This document shows positions 20,838 through 30,385 of a stretch of 36,272 nucleotides of DNA, piece by piece. Position numbers and translations under genes: made by a program. The notes beneath the pieces are model-generated. The model ran no database searches, was not told the DNA's origin, and saw only the letters and a program-made list of their open reading frames with translations. Source of the DNA: an uncultured bacterium (GTDB taxonomy: Bacteria > Abyssobacteria > SURF-5); the NCBI GenBank assembly GCA_964607485.1, contig CAZSKP010000042.1, forward strand, positions 1 through 36,272, read 5' to 3'. Positions within the stretch are counted from its first letter, which is position 1. Each line of letters opens with the position of its first letter.

Positions 20838-21029
20838 GCTGCGATCCCTTAACCGGTTCGAAGAGTTCTCGCTTTCGTCAGCAGTATGTTAAGACCGGTC
20901 CACAGTAGCGACAAAGGCATAGGGATAATTCCGTAACCTCTCCAACGCAAGGATACGGTTCGCCCGCCTATGGCCGACGAACTTCCGACAATTAAGGAGT
21001 GTTGTCGAGGCAACAATCAATCACCTAAG

Positions 21030-21215
21030 CTAAGCAGATACCCGCGTGCGGTAAATGAGCATCAAGTTGCGAATGTATACAACAGCCCCAAAGCCGTGTC
21101 CCAAGATGAATACCGGGTCACGGCGTCTCTCCGATGCTATTCACTGAACTGCGAACCGCATGGTAAAGACTAGTTGTCCGAGAAAACCAATGCTTAGCCA
21201 CATCTGATCATTCAC
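21030..21215 (-). pseudogene. LAB_N (lipid-A-disaccharide synthase N-terminal domain) small membrane protein relic
   Basis: MNDQMWLSIGFLGQLVFTMRFAVQ*IASERRR/DPVFILGHGFGAVVYIRNL; the conserved W is a TGA (21141-21143) and the middle helix is deleted. Confidence 0.85.
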
Positions 21216-21277
21216 CGTTTTTCCTTAGCTTCATGGCTTAGGTAACACTTCAACAACCACAAGGGGGCACGGAGATC
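21212..21277 (-). pseudogene. Possible C-terminal tail of a GT2 polyprenol-phosphate glycosyltransferase
   Basis: DLRAPLWLLKCYLSHEAKEKR* with its TGA overlapping the LAB_N GTG (GTGA); GT2 genes commonly precede LAB_N genes. Confidence 0.4.
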
Positions 21278-21381
21278 TTGCTTCGTCGTAAATGATCCTC
21301 GTAGGTGACATAAACCTTCTAACAATGCGACCTCGTGGCGATATCAAGTTTCAGGACACGCAGGTCAAAAAGACAGAGGAA

Positions 21382-21416
21382 ATTATAGTGAAACGAACAT
21401 TACGGAGAGATTATGA
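21382..21416 (-). promoter_or_regulatory. Direct-repeat box plus -10 element (copy 2)
   Basis: Minus strand TCATAAT-CTCT-CCGTAAT-N11-TATAAT. Confidence 0.8.
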
Positions 21417-21771
21417 ACGCAGTGCACATTCCAGAAGCCGGCACACCCCGGCCCGTCTTGCCTGCCTGTATACTCGTCGAGGAGGTGGGCGTCCGTTAGG
21501 AGGATCTTAACCGGCAATCATGGTGGTTACCCAACCTGATGATGATTCGGTCCCATCCTTGATTTGTTACTTGACATCGTCTATCCCCTCAGGGACAAAC
21601 TGCAGATCGTCCGAAACTAGAAGTGTTCTCTTGACTGAGAAAGCCCCTTTCACTCTCTGTTATGATATCGGTCCAATTTGCCCTCGTTTATGCACTAAAA
21701 TGAATAGAACCTCGGAAGTAGGACGCCACTCCCATTTCAGGAGGTGAGGCCCTTCTCGAAGACAATATCGC

Positions 21772-21940
21772 TCAAGGAGTTGTCATGTCGATGAGTTCGA
21801 CACGCTCTCCGGCCTCCCGATTTGTTTCAAGCACCACACCAATACCGGGGGCATAGCACTTGAATTCGACGAGATCGGGTTCTACGGGCGAAAAGTCTCT
21901 CGTTTTCAGAACATCAACGGAAAATGCGCCGAAGGTGGCT
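21772..21940 (-). pseudogene. C-terminal fragment of a conserved hypothetical (probably exported) protein
   Basis: FGAFSVDVLKTRDFSPVEPDLVEFKCYAPGIGVVLE...ERVELI resembles a known uncharacterised beta-rich family; no credible start. Confidence 0.5.
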
Positions 21941-22074
21941 CCATTTAGCCCGCGGCACCGTTGATGGATTACCACTCGGTCGCCATAATCTCGTAGTCAT
22001 AAATGAAATATAGATTTGAACAGAAACGGCCGCAACAATGACCAAATGGGGCTCTAACGCTGTCGTTCGGTCTT

Positions 22075-25000
22075 TCATTCTCTGTTGGCGGTGTTCCCAT
22101 CCGAGAGCGCTTTCTCGTCTTCTTCTTTTCTTCCTCCGACACGCAAGACCATGAACGCAACGGGTAATATGAAAAGCACGAGCGGCATTTGCACGGAAAG
22201 CCCGGAGATGATAGCGATAGCCAACGGTTGTTGCATGGCCGAACCCTGCCCTATGCCCAAGGCAAGAGGCAGGAGAGCAAGAATGGCCGCCACCGTAGTC
22301 ATGGCTATTGGTCGCATGCGATTTTTGCCTGCCGTTATCAGCCGTTCTTGTTGATTCAATCCGGCTGGCAAATCGTAGTATTCGGACGCATAGAAGATAG
22401 CGACTTCGGTGACAATGCCCACAATCATGGTCATGCCCATCATGGATGATATGTTGATTTCCGTGCCTGTGAGCCATAGTCCGACGAATACCGCCGCCAT
22501 TGACAGAAGGGTAGTTGCCATGATGGCGATGGCGGATCGAAAACTTTCATAGATAAACAGAAGCAGTATAAAAACAAGAATCACAGCCGACGCCATGACT
22601 GCCGTCAGACCGGCGAATGCAACTTGTTGCTGCGCGTAGAGCCCACCCAAATTGTAGTAAACTCCCGCGGGCAATAGCCCGGGTCGTTTGAGAGCTGCTT
22701 TAATGTCGCGTATTACGGAGCCCATGTCTCGGCCGCTAATGCGCCCAGTGACGGCAATCATTCGCTTGAAATCGTCGTGCATAATCTGTGGTTGGCCGGT
22801 AATAGGAGACGTGGCGGCTATTCGCTTGAGAGGAAAGAGATGCCCATCGGGAGCGCTAAGTTGCAGGTTGTCGACGTTTCGTTCGGTTGCCCAAGCATCG
22901 GCTGGGAGAGACAACCGCACGCCGACCAGTTTAGGCCCAGCCTGTATTTGTGTGGTGACCACTCCGCTGAGATAATCCGATAATGTCTCCGTAACGGATT
23001 GTGGATCTGCCCCTTCCAAAGACGCTTTGACCCGGTCGACCTTGATTCCGAGAGCGTCGCCGGCGAGCACAATGCCGTCGCGCACATCCACAACGCCGGG
23101 GATTCTTCCGATGGATTCGGCTACCTGCGGGCCGAGCTTGTTCAGAATTTCCCCGTCATCAGAGTAAAGCTTGATCTCGATCGGCTGGGGCACGGCGGTG
23201 AGATCGCCAATAAGGTCTTCCATCAATTGAAGCATCTCAATTTGCAGGCCGGGGACTGTCCGTTCCACTTGCGTGCGCACATCGTCCATGACCGTTTCGA
23301 TTGGCCGTCGGGGAAACGGCTTGAGACGGACAAAGAAGTCGCCTTCATTAGCTTCAGTCAGCCCGCCGCCAAGCTGGAGTCCTGTGCGACGAGAGTACGT
23401 TTGCACATCGGGCGTTGCGCGCAGGATGCCCTCCACCCGACGCAGGAGACGATCCGTCTCGGTGAGCGAAGTCCCCGATGGGGCCCAATAATCCAGAATG
23501 AAACCACCTTCGTCCATTGCCGGCATGAAGCCCGAGCCAATATGCCTGTAACTAAACCACCCCGCCAAGAGGAGAGGAGCTATGCCGAGCGTCACAAGCC
23601 AGGGGCGAGTCAGAAGACGTCGCAGCACCGCATCGTAGATGTGATGAACTCGTGTTGTCACAGCGCCACCCTCTTCCTGGGCAGCATCTTTCTCGTTCAG
23701 CAAATGTTCCGCGATAAGCGGCACGGCGAGCCACGCCACGAAGAACGAAACGAAGAGACTGGCCGCCATGGTAAGGGACAATGCTTTGAAGAATGCGCCG
23801 GTCACCCCCGAGAGAAACGCCAAAGGCGTGAAGATGATGATTGTCGAAGCTGAGGAGCCAAGAAGCGGCTTGCTGAACTCGCGAGCGGCATGCATCACCC
23901 TGAGATGGTGTTCACGGTCGCTTCCACGCAACCGGCGAACCATGTGTTCCACCATGACAATGGTATCATCAATAATAAGCGCCACTGCCGCCGCCATTCC
24001 GCCAAGGGTCATGATGTTGAAGCTCATGCCTAATGCATACAACAGCAGCACTGTCGAAGCCAACACACACGGCACCGATGCAATCGCGATCAGCATGGTT
24101 TTGGCGTTGCGGAGAAAGATTAACAAGATGACCGCGGCAAGCAAGACTCCGATGAGGACAGCGTCACGCACGCTGGAAGTGGAGGTAAGAATCAATTCGC
24201 TCTGGTCATACCAGTTAGCAATCTTGATGTTTTTGGGCAATTGTCCGCGAATCCCTTCGAGCTTCGCTTTCAGCTCCTGAGCGATCCGGACCGTGTTGCC
24301 ACCCGGTTGCTGGTAAATCTGGAAGATCACCGCGTCATGGCCGTCGGCGGTGACGCGCGTCCACTGAGGGACCGTCTCCAGGTCCACCGCAGCAATATCA
24401 TCGAGACGCACTATCCCATTTTTGGCGGAACGCACCACCGTTTGACGAATCTGGGAAAGATTGAGGAAACGGGTATCCGACATGACAAGGTAGAGTTTGT
24501 AGTGGTCTTCCATGCGGCCTACCGCCGTGATTACGTTACCAGCAGAGAGCGCGCTTGCTACGTCTTGCATAGACAAACCAAAGGAAGCAAGTCGAGCGGG
24601 GTCAACGGTCACCCGATATTCCGCCTCGGCGCCACCAAGCGTCTCAACCTTGGACACGCCTTCTACTGTGGAAAGCAATGGCCGTAGCTGATACTGCGCT
24701 ATGTCCCGAAGCTCGACCAGTGAGTGAGCATCGGAAGTAAGCGTGTACCCCAGAACGGGAAATACCGTGGGGTCCATTCTTCGGACGCTAAACGTGGTCC
24801 CTTGAGGCAGAGACGCCAACACTTGATTTATGGCCGATTCCACTTGCAGCAGAGCTGCCACCATGTCTTTCCCCCAACCGAAGCCAATTGAGATCTCGGC
24901 GCTCCCTCGACTGGTGGTAGAACGCACATTGAGAACTCCGGGAACGGCCCGTGCCGCCTCCTCGACCGGTCGGGTCACCTCGATGGCCATGCGTTCCGCC

Positions 25001-25164
25001 GGACGGTCGCCGGCGTCCACGTTCACTTGTACCCGGGGGAAGTCAACATTCGGGAAGAGGGAGACTGGAAGATGCAGACTACTAGCCAATCCGCCGAGAG
25101 CCAGTGCTGCCATCAGGAAAAGGATAGATCTGCGATGTTGCTGCACCCACCCTGCAGCGCTCAT
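22075..25164 (-). CDS. RND efflux transporter permease (AcrB/CusA superfamily)
   Basis: 1029 aa; TRPVEE, NIMTLGG, LIIDDTIVMVE, GFMP..DEG, RMRPIAMT, QPLAIAIISGL. Confidence 0.95.
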   Translation of the reverse strand: MSAAGWVQQHRRSILFLMAALALGGLASSLHLPVSLFPNVDFPRVQVNVDAGDRPAERMAIEVTRPVEEAARAVPGVLNVRSTTSRGSAEISIGFGWGKDMVAALLQVESAINQVLASLPQGTTFSVRRMDPTVFPVLGYTLTSDAHSLVELRDIAQYQLRPLLSTVEGVSKVETLGGAEAEYRVTVDPARLASFGLSMQDVASALSAGNVITAVGRMEDHYKLYLVMSDTRFLNLSQIRQTVVRSAKNGIVRLDDIAAVDLETVPQWTRVTADGHDAVIFQIYQQPGGNTVRIAQELKAKLEGIRGQLPKNIKIANWYDQSELILTSTSSVRDAVLIGVLLAAVILLIFLRNAKTMLIAIASVPCVLASTVLLLYALGMSFNIMTLGGMAAAVALIIDDTIVMVEHMVRRLRGSDREHHLRVMHAAREFSKPLLGSSASTIIIFTPLAFLSGVTGAFFKALSLTMAASLFVSFFVAWLAVPLIAEHLLNEKDAAQEEGGAVTTRVHHIYDAVLRRLLTRPWLVTLGIAPLLLAGWFSYRHIGSGFMPAMDEGGFILDYWAPSGTSLTETDRLLRRVEGILRATPDVQTYSRRTGLQLGGGLTEANEGDFFVRLKPFPRRPIETVMDDVRTQVERTVPGLQIEMLQLMEDLIGDLTAVPQPIEIKLYSDDGEILNKLGPQVAESIGRIPGVVDVRDGIVLAGDALGIKVDRVKASLEGADPQSVTETLSDYLSGVVTTQIQAGPKLVGVRLSLPADAWATERNVDNLQLSAPDGHLFPLKRIAATSPITGQPQIMHDDFKRMIAVTGRISGRDMGSVIRDIKAALKRPGLLPAGVYYNLGGLYAQQQVAFAGLTAVMASAVILVFILLLFIYESFRSAIAIMATTLLSMAAVFVGLWLTGTEINISSMMGMTMIVGIVTEVAIFYASEYYDLPAGLNQQERLITAGKNRMRPIAMTTVAAILALLPLALGIGQGSAMQQPLAIAIISGLSVQMPLVLFILPVAFMVLRVGGRKEEDEKALSDGNTANRE

Positions 25165-26261
25165 CGGGAGACCTCTGTTTCAACCAGCATGCCGTCTTTA
25201 AGCTCGTAATTGCCAATAATAACCACCGAGTCGCCAGCCTGGATTCCGGCGCCCGCAACTTCAAGTTCCTTCTTGTTTTCAAGACCGAGCCGGACCGTGT
25301 GCTTCACCGCCCGGCCTTCTTTGACGGTGAAAAGAATGTTTTCCCCTTCGTGCGGTAGAACCGCAGTGTGGGGAACAATCAGGCCCTCAGTTGAAGCTAT
25401 TGATATCGTTCCAAACACATATTCGCCCAGGAGGAACTCAGCGGACGGCGCTAACGTAACGAAAACATCCACGAGGCGCGTGGTTGGGTTAACAGAGCGT
25501 GAGACCTTCCGGATACGTCCGGTTACGGCAGGCGATGTTGGTGCATTCACGCGCACAAGCGAGACCGATTGGTTCGAATGGACGTGGTCAATGTCTTCTA
25601 GCTCGATTCCGAGTCGAACTTCCAGCCGGTTCTGGGCAATGATTTCCGCAAGAGGGTTCCCTGCAGAAACGATGGCTCCTTCTTGGACATTAACCTTGCT
25701 GCTCAGTCCGGCCACATCTGCACGAATTTCGCGCGGGCCGGCGATCCCGCGCTCTTTCATGCTTTCAAGAGCGAGTTCGGCCTGCTGCAACCTCTGTTTG
25801 GCTTCCAGCAGTTGGTCATTGGTTTTGAGTCTAAGATTGAACTGCTGTTGTATCTGACGGAGACCCTCCTTGGCTGACTGATACGCGGCGCGTTCCTGTT
25901 GTAATTGAAGATACGTATCAGGGCTTGGTTCGATTTCAAGAAGGATATCTCCCGGTGAAACCTCTTGGCCTTCACTGACCGACACGCGGCGCACCTGACA
26001 TTCAAATGGGACAGAAACAGTCTTTACCGCGTCAGGCGCGGGGATGGCTGTTCCATTGACTATGATGTCTTCTGTTATCGTTCCTTCTCTGATGGGAACA
26101 GTCTTCACAGAGGCCACGGGGCCGTCCGCAACTTTTGCTTGGGGAGTGGCGCTATTCTTCTTGACGGATTGTGCTTCGCTGCGAGAAAGCCACCAAAGCC
26201 CTCCCGCAAGTATACCAACGAGGGCGGCAGCCGTTGCCACGATTGAGCCGAATCGTTTCAT
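25161..26261 (-). CDS. RND periplasmic adaptor (membrane fusion protein)
   Basis: N-terminal anchor, VSEGQEVSPGDILL lipoyl motif, coiled coil, VNPTTR; ATG 26261 overlaps the TolC stop. Confidence 0.92.
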   Translation of the reverse strand: MKRFGSIVATAAALVGILAGGLWWLSRSEAQSVKKNSATPQAKVADGPVASVKTVPIREGTITEDIIVNGTAIPAPDAVKTVSVPFECQVRRVSVSEGQEVSPGDILLEIEPSPDTYLQLQQERAAYQSAKEGLRQIQQQFNLRLKTNDQLLEAKQRLQQAELALESMKERGIAGPREIRADVAGLSSKVNVQEGAIVSAGNPLAEIIAQNRLEVRLGIELEDIDHVHSNQSVSLVRVNAPTSPAVTGRIRKVSRSVNPTTRLVDVFVTLAPSAEFLLGEYVFGTISIASTEGLIVPHTAVLPHEGENILFTVKEGRAVKHTVRLGLENKKELEVAGAGIQAGDSVVIIGNYELKDGMLVETEVSR

Positions 26262-27643
26262 TTGGGTATCTCCTGCTCCTCGGCACGTGTACAGTACCAT
26301 CCGGCAGCTATTTCGAGCGCACTTGTTTGATCAGCGAGGTCTTGCTTCAGTTTGAGCACCCCTATTTGTTTCTCGAACAATTCGTTTCGGACATTGTAAT
26401 AACTGAGAACATCGGCATTGCCCTCTAGCAGGGCATTGTGATAGGCTTGAACCACGTCGCTCAGCGTCGGGATGATTTGTTCATCTGCATGGATTTGTTG
26501 CTTGATGGCGTCGATATTTGCCAGTATCTTCGCCAAGTCAGACCTCGCTTGATAGACCCGTGCCACATATTCGTCGAGCAGCTGCTTTCGAGTCGCCTTT
26601 TCTATTGCGATTGGTCCCTGGTTGCGGTCAAAGATAGGGAGGTCTATGGTGATGCCGAAGCCGGTGGAGACGACATTGCCGGTGTCGCGGGCGTGGGAAA
26701 ACCCGATGTTGATATTGGGGAATTGGGCAAGGATTGCCGATCTCAGCCGCGCCTCCTGGCTTTGGTACCCCATCTTGAGAGCGAGGAGGTCAAGGCGCCT
26801 CCCCTCGATTCCGTCCATTATCTCCGAGGTAGCGGGAAGCACCTTCTGTGAAAGCGGTTCTACGCCTTGCTGAAGCGGAATTATGTACTCTGGAGGCAGC
26901 CCGAGCGCTTCATTCAAGGCAAGTCGCTCCTGTTCCGCCTGCTGTTGAATAGCGAGTAACGAGGCATGCGCGTTCTGCTGAGCCGCATGAGTCGCAGATA
27001 GGTCAATCACTGTCACATATCCGGCATCGACTGCTTTTCTCAAGGCATCGAGGCTCTCCGAAAGACCTTCCTGTTCGCTTCCTGCGATTGCCAGTTGTTG
27101 TTGAAGGAGAATCGAGCGGCACACGTGCAGCTTAGCCGCTTCGGCAACCTGCCATTCCTGCCACGCGATATCGAGGTCCACAGAAGCGGCTTGCGCCCGC
27201 GCGGCATCGATTTCTGCGTGCCGAGTGATCAAGGATCTTATGTCCCAACCGAGGCCCAGACCAAAGCCGTTGACCGTTCCTTGGGTGCTTCCACCTGTGG
27301 GTACATCGAGACTATAAGAGAGTTGCGGATTGGGGAGAATAGCGGCCTGGAGAAGTTGAGCCTTCGCAATTCCCCTTTCGTCGCGGATAGCGCGGAGGGT
27401 GGGGTTGACCAGGACGGCCATGACAGCTGCTTCATCCGGGGAAAGCCCGTCTTTCTCATCGAACTCGATCCGTTGCAAGATCGGGTGTTTGATTTCCCTT
27501 GCTTGAATGCGAATTGTTTCCATGCTTGGGGGCGTCAGCTCGCGAGAGACTCTGGAATGATCCAGCGGCTCCTGATGATAGGCCACACACCCTTGGAAGA
27601 TAATAAAAGCAAACCCGATAAGTAAATGGCGTCTTCTTATCAT
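26258..27643 (-). CDS. TolC-family outer-membrane efflux lipoprotein
   Basis: Lipobox-like FQGC, AVLVNPTLRA, LPNP, LPIFDRNQG; start at 27643 or 27673. Confidence 0.9.
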   Translation of the reverse strand: MIRRRHLLIGFAFIIFQGCVAYHQEPLDHSRVSRELTPPSMETIRIQAREIKHPILQRIEFDEKDGLSPDEAAVMAVLVNPTLRAIRDERGIAKAQLLQAAILPNPQLSYSLDVPTGGSTQGTVNGFGLGLGWDIRSLITRHAEIDAARAQAASVDLDIAWQEWQVAEAAKLHVCRSILLQQQLAIAGSEQEGLSESLDALRKAVDAGYVTVIDLSATHAAQQNAHASLLAIQQQAEQERLALNEALGLPPEYIIPLQQGVEPLSQKVLPATSEIMDGIEGRRLDLLALKMGYQSQEARLRSAILAQFPNINIGFSHARDTGNVVSTGFGITIDLPIFDRNQGPIAIEKATRKQLLDEYVARVYQARSDLAKILANIDAIKQQIHADEQIIPTLSDVVQAYHNALLEGNADVLSYYNVRNELFEKQIGVLKLKQDLADQTSALEIAAGWYCTRAEEQEIPK

Positions 27644-28046
27644 TGCGCCAATCGCGATTCCGGCAGCAGGCATTCTGCTGTTCCGCTCGAAAGAATTTTA
27701 GGGGCTTTTCGGATAAAGACGGTCATTGACACCATTTTGCCTTCTTCATGTTGTTCTCACAGTGACTCGTAATTGCAAGAGGGTTCTCCTGCTGGTCAGA
27801 AGAACGAAATGCATGTATACCTTGTAGATCAACGGGAATGTCCATACGAGGGCCCTAATTGAAGGACTTACTCTTCGTATTTTCTCCCCTTTTTCAGTTG
27901 GGCTGAGTCCAATACCTCTTGTATCTCTATGATCACCAATGAGTCCTGTTATCAGAATCACCCTTCAGTCTTGTCCTCTCACAACTCTCCATCTCTCCAA
28001 GCATATGGAATCGCAACCTCCAGTATCACGGCCCGAAAGACGGTCA

Positions 28047-28667
28047 CTATGCAAGTTGCGCCATCGCGCAAAGCATGTCGCGACTGCCTGTGTAGGCATG
28101 GGCGCTTTCCCTTATCTGGTATTTTGAACCAAGGTTAACTTTGTCCGCATCTCGTTCCTCAGGCAAGAGGAACGTTTGCGGAACGCTTTCGATTCTTTCA
28201 TCGACGTCCTCTGGAGAATTAAGCCGAGGCACAAGCCGGTGCATGTAGAAATGCACGTTGGGCCGATAGGATCTGTAGAAGACGAGCCGGTCATCCGGCC
28301 CAACTGCGGAAAAGACTGTGTTGCAAAAGGGGCACGGAGAATTGTACCGATCGACAATCCGAGCCACATATCCAGACATAATGACTGCCCCCAGAGTCGT
28401 GACGGGTCCAATGAAGATCAACGAATAAGGGGGAGGTCGACTCAGCAAATAGCGGCCGAGAATGACAAGTGAAACGATCAAACAGTTCGCTGCAGTTAAT
28501 ACAACGGGGAAGTGTTCTTGGGCGTACGTGTCTGCAGCAATTGTAACGGTGATGAGGCCAGCAATGAGGAGAGCCGCGATCACGGCCTGCGCGCCTATCC
28601 GGAAAAAGAAAAGGAAGTAGCATAGCGAGAGCAATACGAAGAGTTGTATCAGCGTACGGGATTTCAT
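28047..28667 (-). pseudogene. Internally deleted but in-frame mini-ArnT (first TM fused to the C-terminal part)
   Basis: CYFLFFFRIGA joins the last TMs directly, then SPCPFC...YRPNVHFYMHRLVP...GSRDMLC; paralogous to 19843-20837; catalytic DE/KP region missing. Confidence 0.75.
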
Positions 28668-28804
28668 GTTCGTTTCGAAAGGGATTCCCCTCGAACAGGG
28701 GCAATAATCGTTCCATTCCGCTTTCTTGTTCGGTTGTCTTGGCATGCATTCCCCGTTGTTTCCAGGAAGCGATGACGTGGAATTTCTCACATTTGGGTTC
28801 TTCG

Positions 28805-28839
28805 ATTATAGAAACGGGAACATTACGGGAAGATTACGG
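28805..28839 (-). promoter_or_regulatory. Direct-repeat box plus -10 element (copy 3, perfect repeat)
   Basis: Minus strand CCGTAAT-CTTC-CCGTAAT-N11-TATAAT; the first repeat overlaps the kinase's last codon and stop. Confidence 0.82.
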
Positions 28840-30372
28840 CTTGTTGGCCGTGTGGGACGAAAATTGGGCTCGCTCAGCTGCTTTCCCGGTGAGAGTGATC
28901 ATCAACGTTGTGGGAGTTGTGAGACGGGAATCGACGGCAAGTCCAAGAACCGAGGACAGGGATTGGATTAATGATAGCCCCAGACCGCTATGGGCGTGCC
29001 CTGACGTTCGGGCTTCATCCTTTCGCCAAAAGGGTTCGAACAGATAGGGCAGATCATTACTCGACAAACCCTCAACTGAATTGGAGATAGAGAAGGAAAA
29101 GGTGCCCTCTTTAGTATCTGCTTTCCACTCAATCGTCCCTCCCTCGGGCGTATAGCTGACAGCATTGGAGAAGAGATTCTGCAATATTGTTTGCAGGAGG
29201 TATTGGTCAGTGACGACGAATAGCTGCGACGGCACATCGCAGTGCACCGTTATCCTCTTGCCGGCGGCAACGTCTGCATGCTCTCTCCAAATGGAGTTGA
29301 CCAATGGCTCTAATTCAACTTCCTCTCTTCCGTGCGTCAGATGGCCCGACTGGTACCGGGCAAGAGTGAGAAGGTTCGTGACGGTCCTCTGCATTTCCTT
29401 TGCCGATGCAAGAATATCACTGTAATTGTCGCGGTTATCGTGATCCAGGCTGTCACCCCATTTCAGAGCCACCTCGGAGAGCGAACGGATTTCGCTGATG
29501 GGCGTGCGCAGCTCATGGGCCACATTTGCAGTGAATCGCCGTTCCCGCTCGAAAGCTTCCTTCAATTCTTCGATAACGCGATTAAGGGTCATGGCTACCG
29601 TGGCGATTTCCTTCACTTCCGGCACGTTTACCGGTGACATATTCGATGAGGAGATCGATCGTACTTCCCGGTCCAGGTGCTGAAGAGGCTTGAGACTTCG
29701 CTCGATCGTAATCCATCCAAGAACAAGCGTCAACAAGAGCCCCACGCCCAACACAGGCGCCGTTGTCTCGATCGATTGCTCATACCGCTCATTGACATAG
29801 CTATTGTCCAGGCCGGCGACGAAGAGAAGCTCCGTGCCCGTGGAAGCTGTGGAGTAGCTTCTTCGGGCGGCACCTGCAGGATCTTCTTTGCGAGGAGAGT
29901 CCTCCGCTTCACTTTCGGCCCCTTCTTCTCTTTCGGATCGCACGAATCTACGGAGGGCAACGAAACGAACATCTTTGCCGTTTAATTGTTCATTCCAGAA
30001 CTCAGGCTTGTCCCGCGGAATTTGACGCACGGTTTCAGGCAGCGACAACTTCACATTCTTCAACGATTCTGATCGCCACACTTCTGAATTGTCGGCAATT
30101 CGGAATATTGCGAAATGAGCATGGGGATGATCCCGAGTGAAGTCCCGCATGATTTCATCGGAGGCTTTCCATCGTATCGCGCCGTTCGAATCCACTTCCG
30201 TCTGCGAAGCTACGCTCAACGCATAAGCCGTTATAGCCTTGTCCGAGATCTTGATAAACGATCTGCGGCTTTTCTCGACTATCGTTATTTCCGTCAACAA
30301 GAACACACCGAACACTATCAAGAACAGGTAAAACAAAATTCGATTCTTCAGGCTATGAAACTTGAGGCCCAT
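28834..30372 (-). CDS. Sensor histidine kinase (2 TM, periplasmic sensor, HisKA, HATPase)
   Basis: FTANVAHELRTP, QNLFSNAVSY, LFEPFWR, HSGLGLS. Confidence 0.93.
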   Translation of the reverse strand: MGLKFHSLKNRILFYLFLIVFGVFLLTEITIVEKSRRSFIKISDKAITAYALSVASQTEVDSNGAIRWKASDEIMRDFTRDHPHAHFAIFRIADNSEVWRSESLKNVKLSLPETVRQIPRDKPEFWNEQLNGKDVRFVALRRFVRSEREEGAESEAEDSPRKEDPAGAARRSYSTASTGTELLFVAGLDNSYVNERYEQSIETTAPVLGVGLLLTLVLGWITIERSLKPLQHLDREVRSISSSNMSPVNVPEVKEIATVAMTLNRVIEELKEAFERERRFTANVAHELRTPISEIRSLSEVALKWGDSLDHDNRDNYSDILASAKEMQRTVTNLLTLARYQSGHLTHGREEVELEPLVNSIWREHADVAAGKRITVHCDVPSQLFVVTDQYLLQTILQNLFSNAVSYTPEGGTIEWKADTKEGTFSFSISNSVEGLSSNDLPYLFEPFWRKDEARTSGHAHSGLGLSLIQSLSSVLGLAVDSRLTTPTTLMITLTGKAAERAQFSSHTANKP

Positions 30373-30385
30373 CGATCATCCTTCG

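Noticed and set aside
27700-28040. Possible toxin-antitoxin relic upstream of tolC
   Set aside because: Only vague resemblance; no convincing motif.
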